A stretch of 64,000 nucleotides of DNA from an uncultured Mageeibacillus sp. (GTDB lineage: Bacteria; Bacillota; Clostridia; Saccharofermentanales; Saccharofermentanaceae). The stretch lies in the NCBI GenBank assembly GCA_964617375.1, contig CAZTXQ010000004.1, forward strand, positions 34,546 to 98,545. Reading direction: 5' to 3'. The position numbers and the translations under genes are program-made. Shown here in pieces: positions 63,850 through 64,000 of the stretch. Under the pieces are notes generated by a model. The model saw nothing but the letters and a program-made list of their open reading frames with translations. It had not been told where the DNA came from and did not search any database. The stretch's first letter is position 1. Each line of letters starts with the position of its first letter.

Positions 63850-64000
63850 CCTACTCAAATGCACTCAGATGTCGATTCAGTAGGCTTATCAATGACAAGA
63901 AACATGCTTCGGGAGGCCGTCGAACCTACTCAAATGCACTCAGATGTCGATTCAGTAGGCTTATCAATGATAAGAAACACGCTTCGGGAGGCCGTCGAAC
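63850..64000. repeat. at least two tandem copies of the 75-bp unit in inverted orientation (array A'), running off the right edge
   Basis: Copies start at 63850 and 63925. The sequence cctactcaaatgcactcagatgtcgattcagtagg + cttatcaatga(c/t)aagaaaca(t/c)gcttcgggaggccgtcgaa is the reverse complement of the array A unit, at roughly 90% identity by eye. Confidence 0.9.

Noticed and set aside
63828-64000. An ORF starting at ATG 63828 reads through array A' with a 25-codon periodicity (…TYSNALRCRFSRLINDKKHASGGRR…). The 75-bp period is a multiple of 3.
   Set aside because: There is no RBS and the composition is Arg/Cys/Ser-rich. The equivalent frame in array A is broken by stop codons. The related array B has a 74-bp period. 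This is most likely non-coding.

Overview
This looks like a chromosomal segment from a moderately GC-rich Gram-positive, Clostridia-like genome. Supporting signs are Shine-Dalgarno RBSs, a GerMN sporulation lipoprotein, an exosortase-G cassette and CsoR/CopZ/CopA. All calls come from reading the sequence and the ORF translations; no database search was run.

Gene content from left to right:
- A stub of a SelD-like gene on the minus strand.
- A molybdenum-cofactor operon: moaA, moaC, MOSC, a MoeA-like gene and mog.
- A CarD-like regulator and a decayed flavin-reductase gene.
- A long minus-strand operon: Sfp-type PPTase, then a 2350-aa bimodular NRPS (C-A[Ser]-T-C-A[Thr]-T-TE, with Cys where the thioesterase nucleophile Ser should be), then a 7TM histidine kinase, a REC/HD-GYP regulator and a zincin-like protein.
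- A candidate c-di-GMP-I riboswitch in front of a 969-aa surface protein with seven DUF11-like repeats.
- Housekeeping genes: Maf, Cache-GGDEF cyclase, aminopeptidase P, EutH-like permease, DEAD-box helicase and a tandem Usp.
- An ArsR/P1B-ATPase metal-efflux pair with two palindromic operators bracketing a near-consensus promoter.
- An exosortase-G (XrtG) cassette: a PTPS-like/polytopic membrane fusion, a small secreted protein with a CTERM-type sorting tail, XrtG, a processive GT2, a fully degenerate GGDEF protein and a stand-alone PTPS-like paralog.
- A decayed IS630 transposase carrying a 75-bp hairpin tandem array.
- A cobalamin riboswitch followed by btuFCD-like genes.
- A selenium-dependent molybdenum-hydroxylase purine-catabolism cluster (ygfK, mocA, XDH, hydantoinase, ssnA, ridA, dpaL).
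- copA-copZ-csoR, a GerMN lipoprotein and a thermonuclease.
- The same 75-bp array in inverted orientation at the right edge.

The most interesting items are the Cys-thioesterase Ser-Thr NRPS, the experimentally uncharacterised XrtG cassette, the inverted hairpin-repeat arrays bracketing about 21.5 kb, and the concentration of c-di-GMP components.
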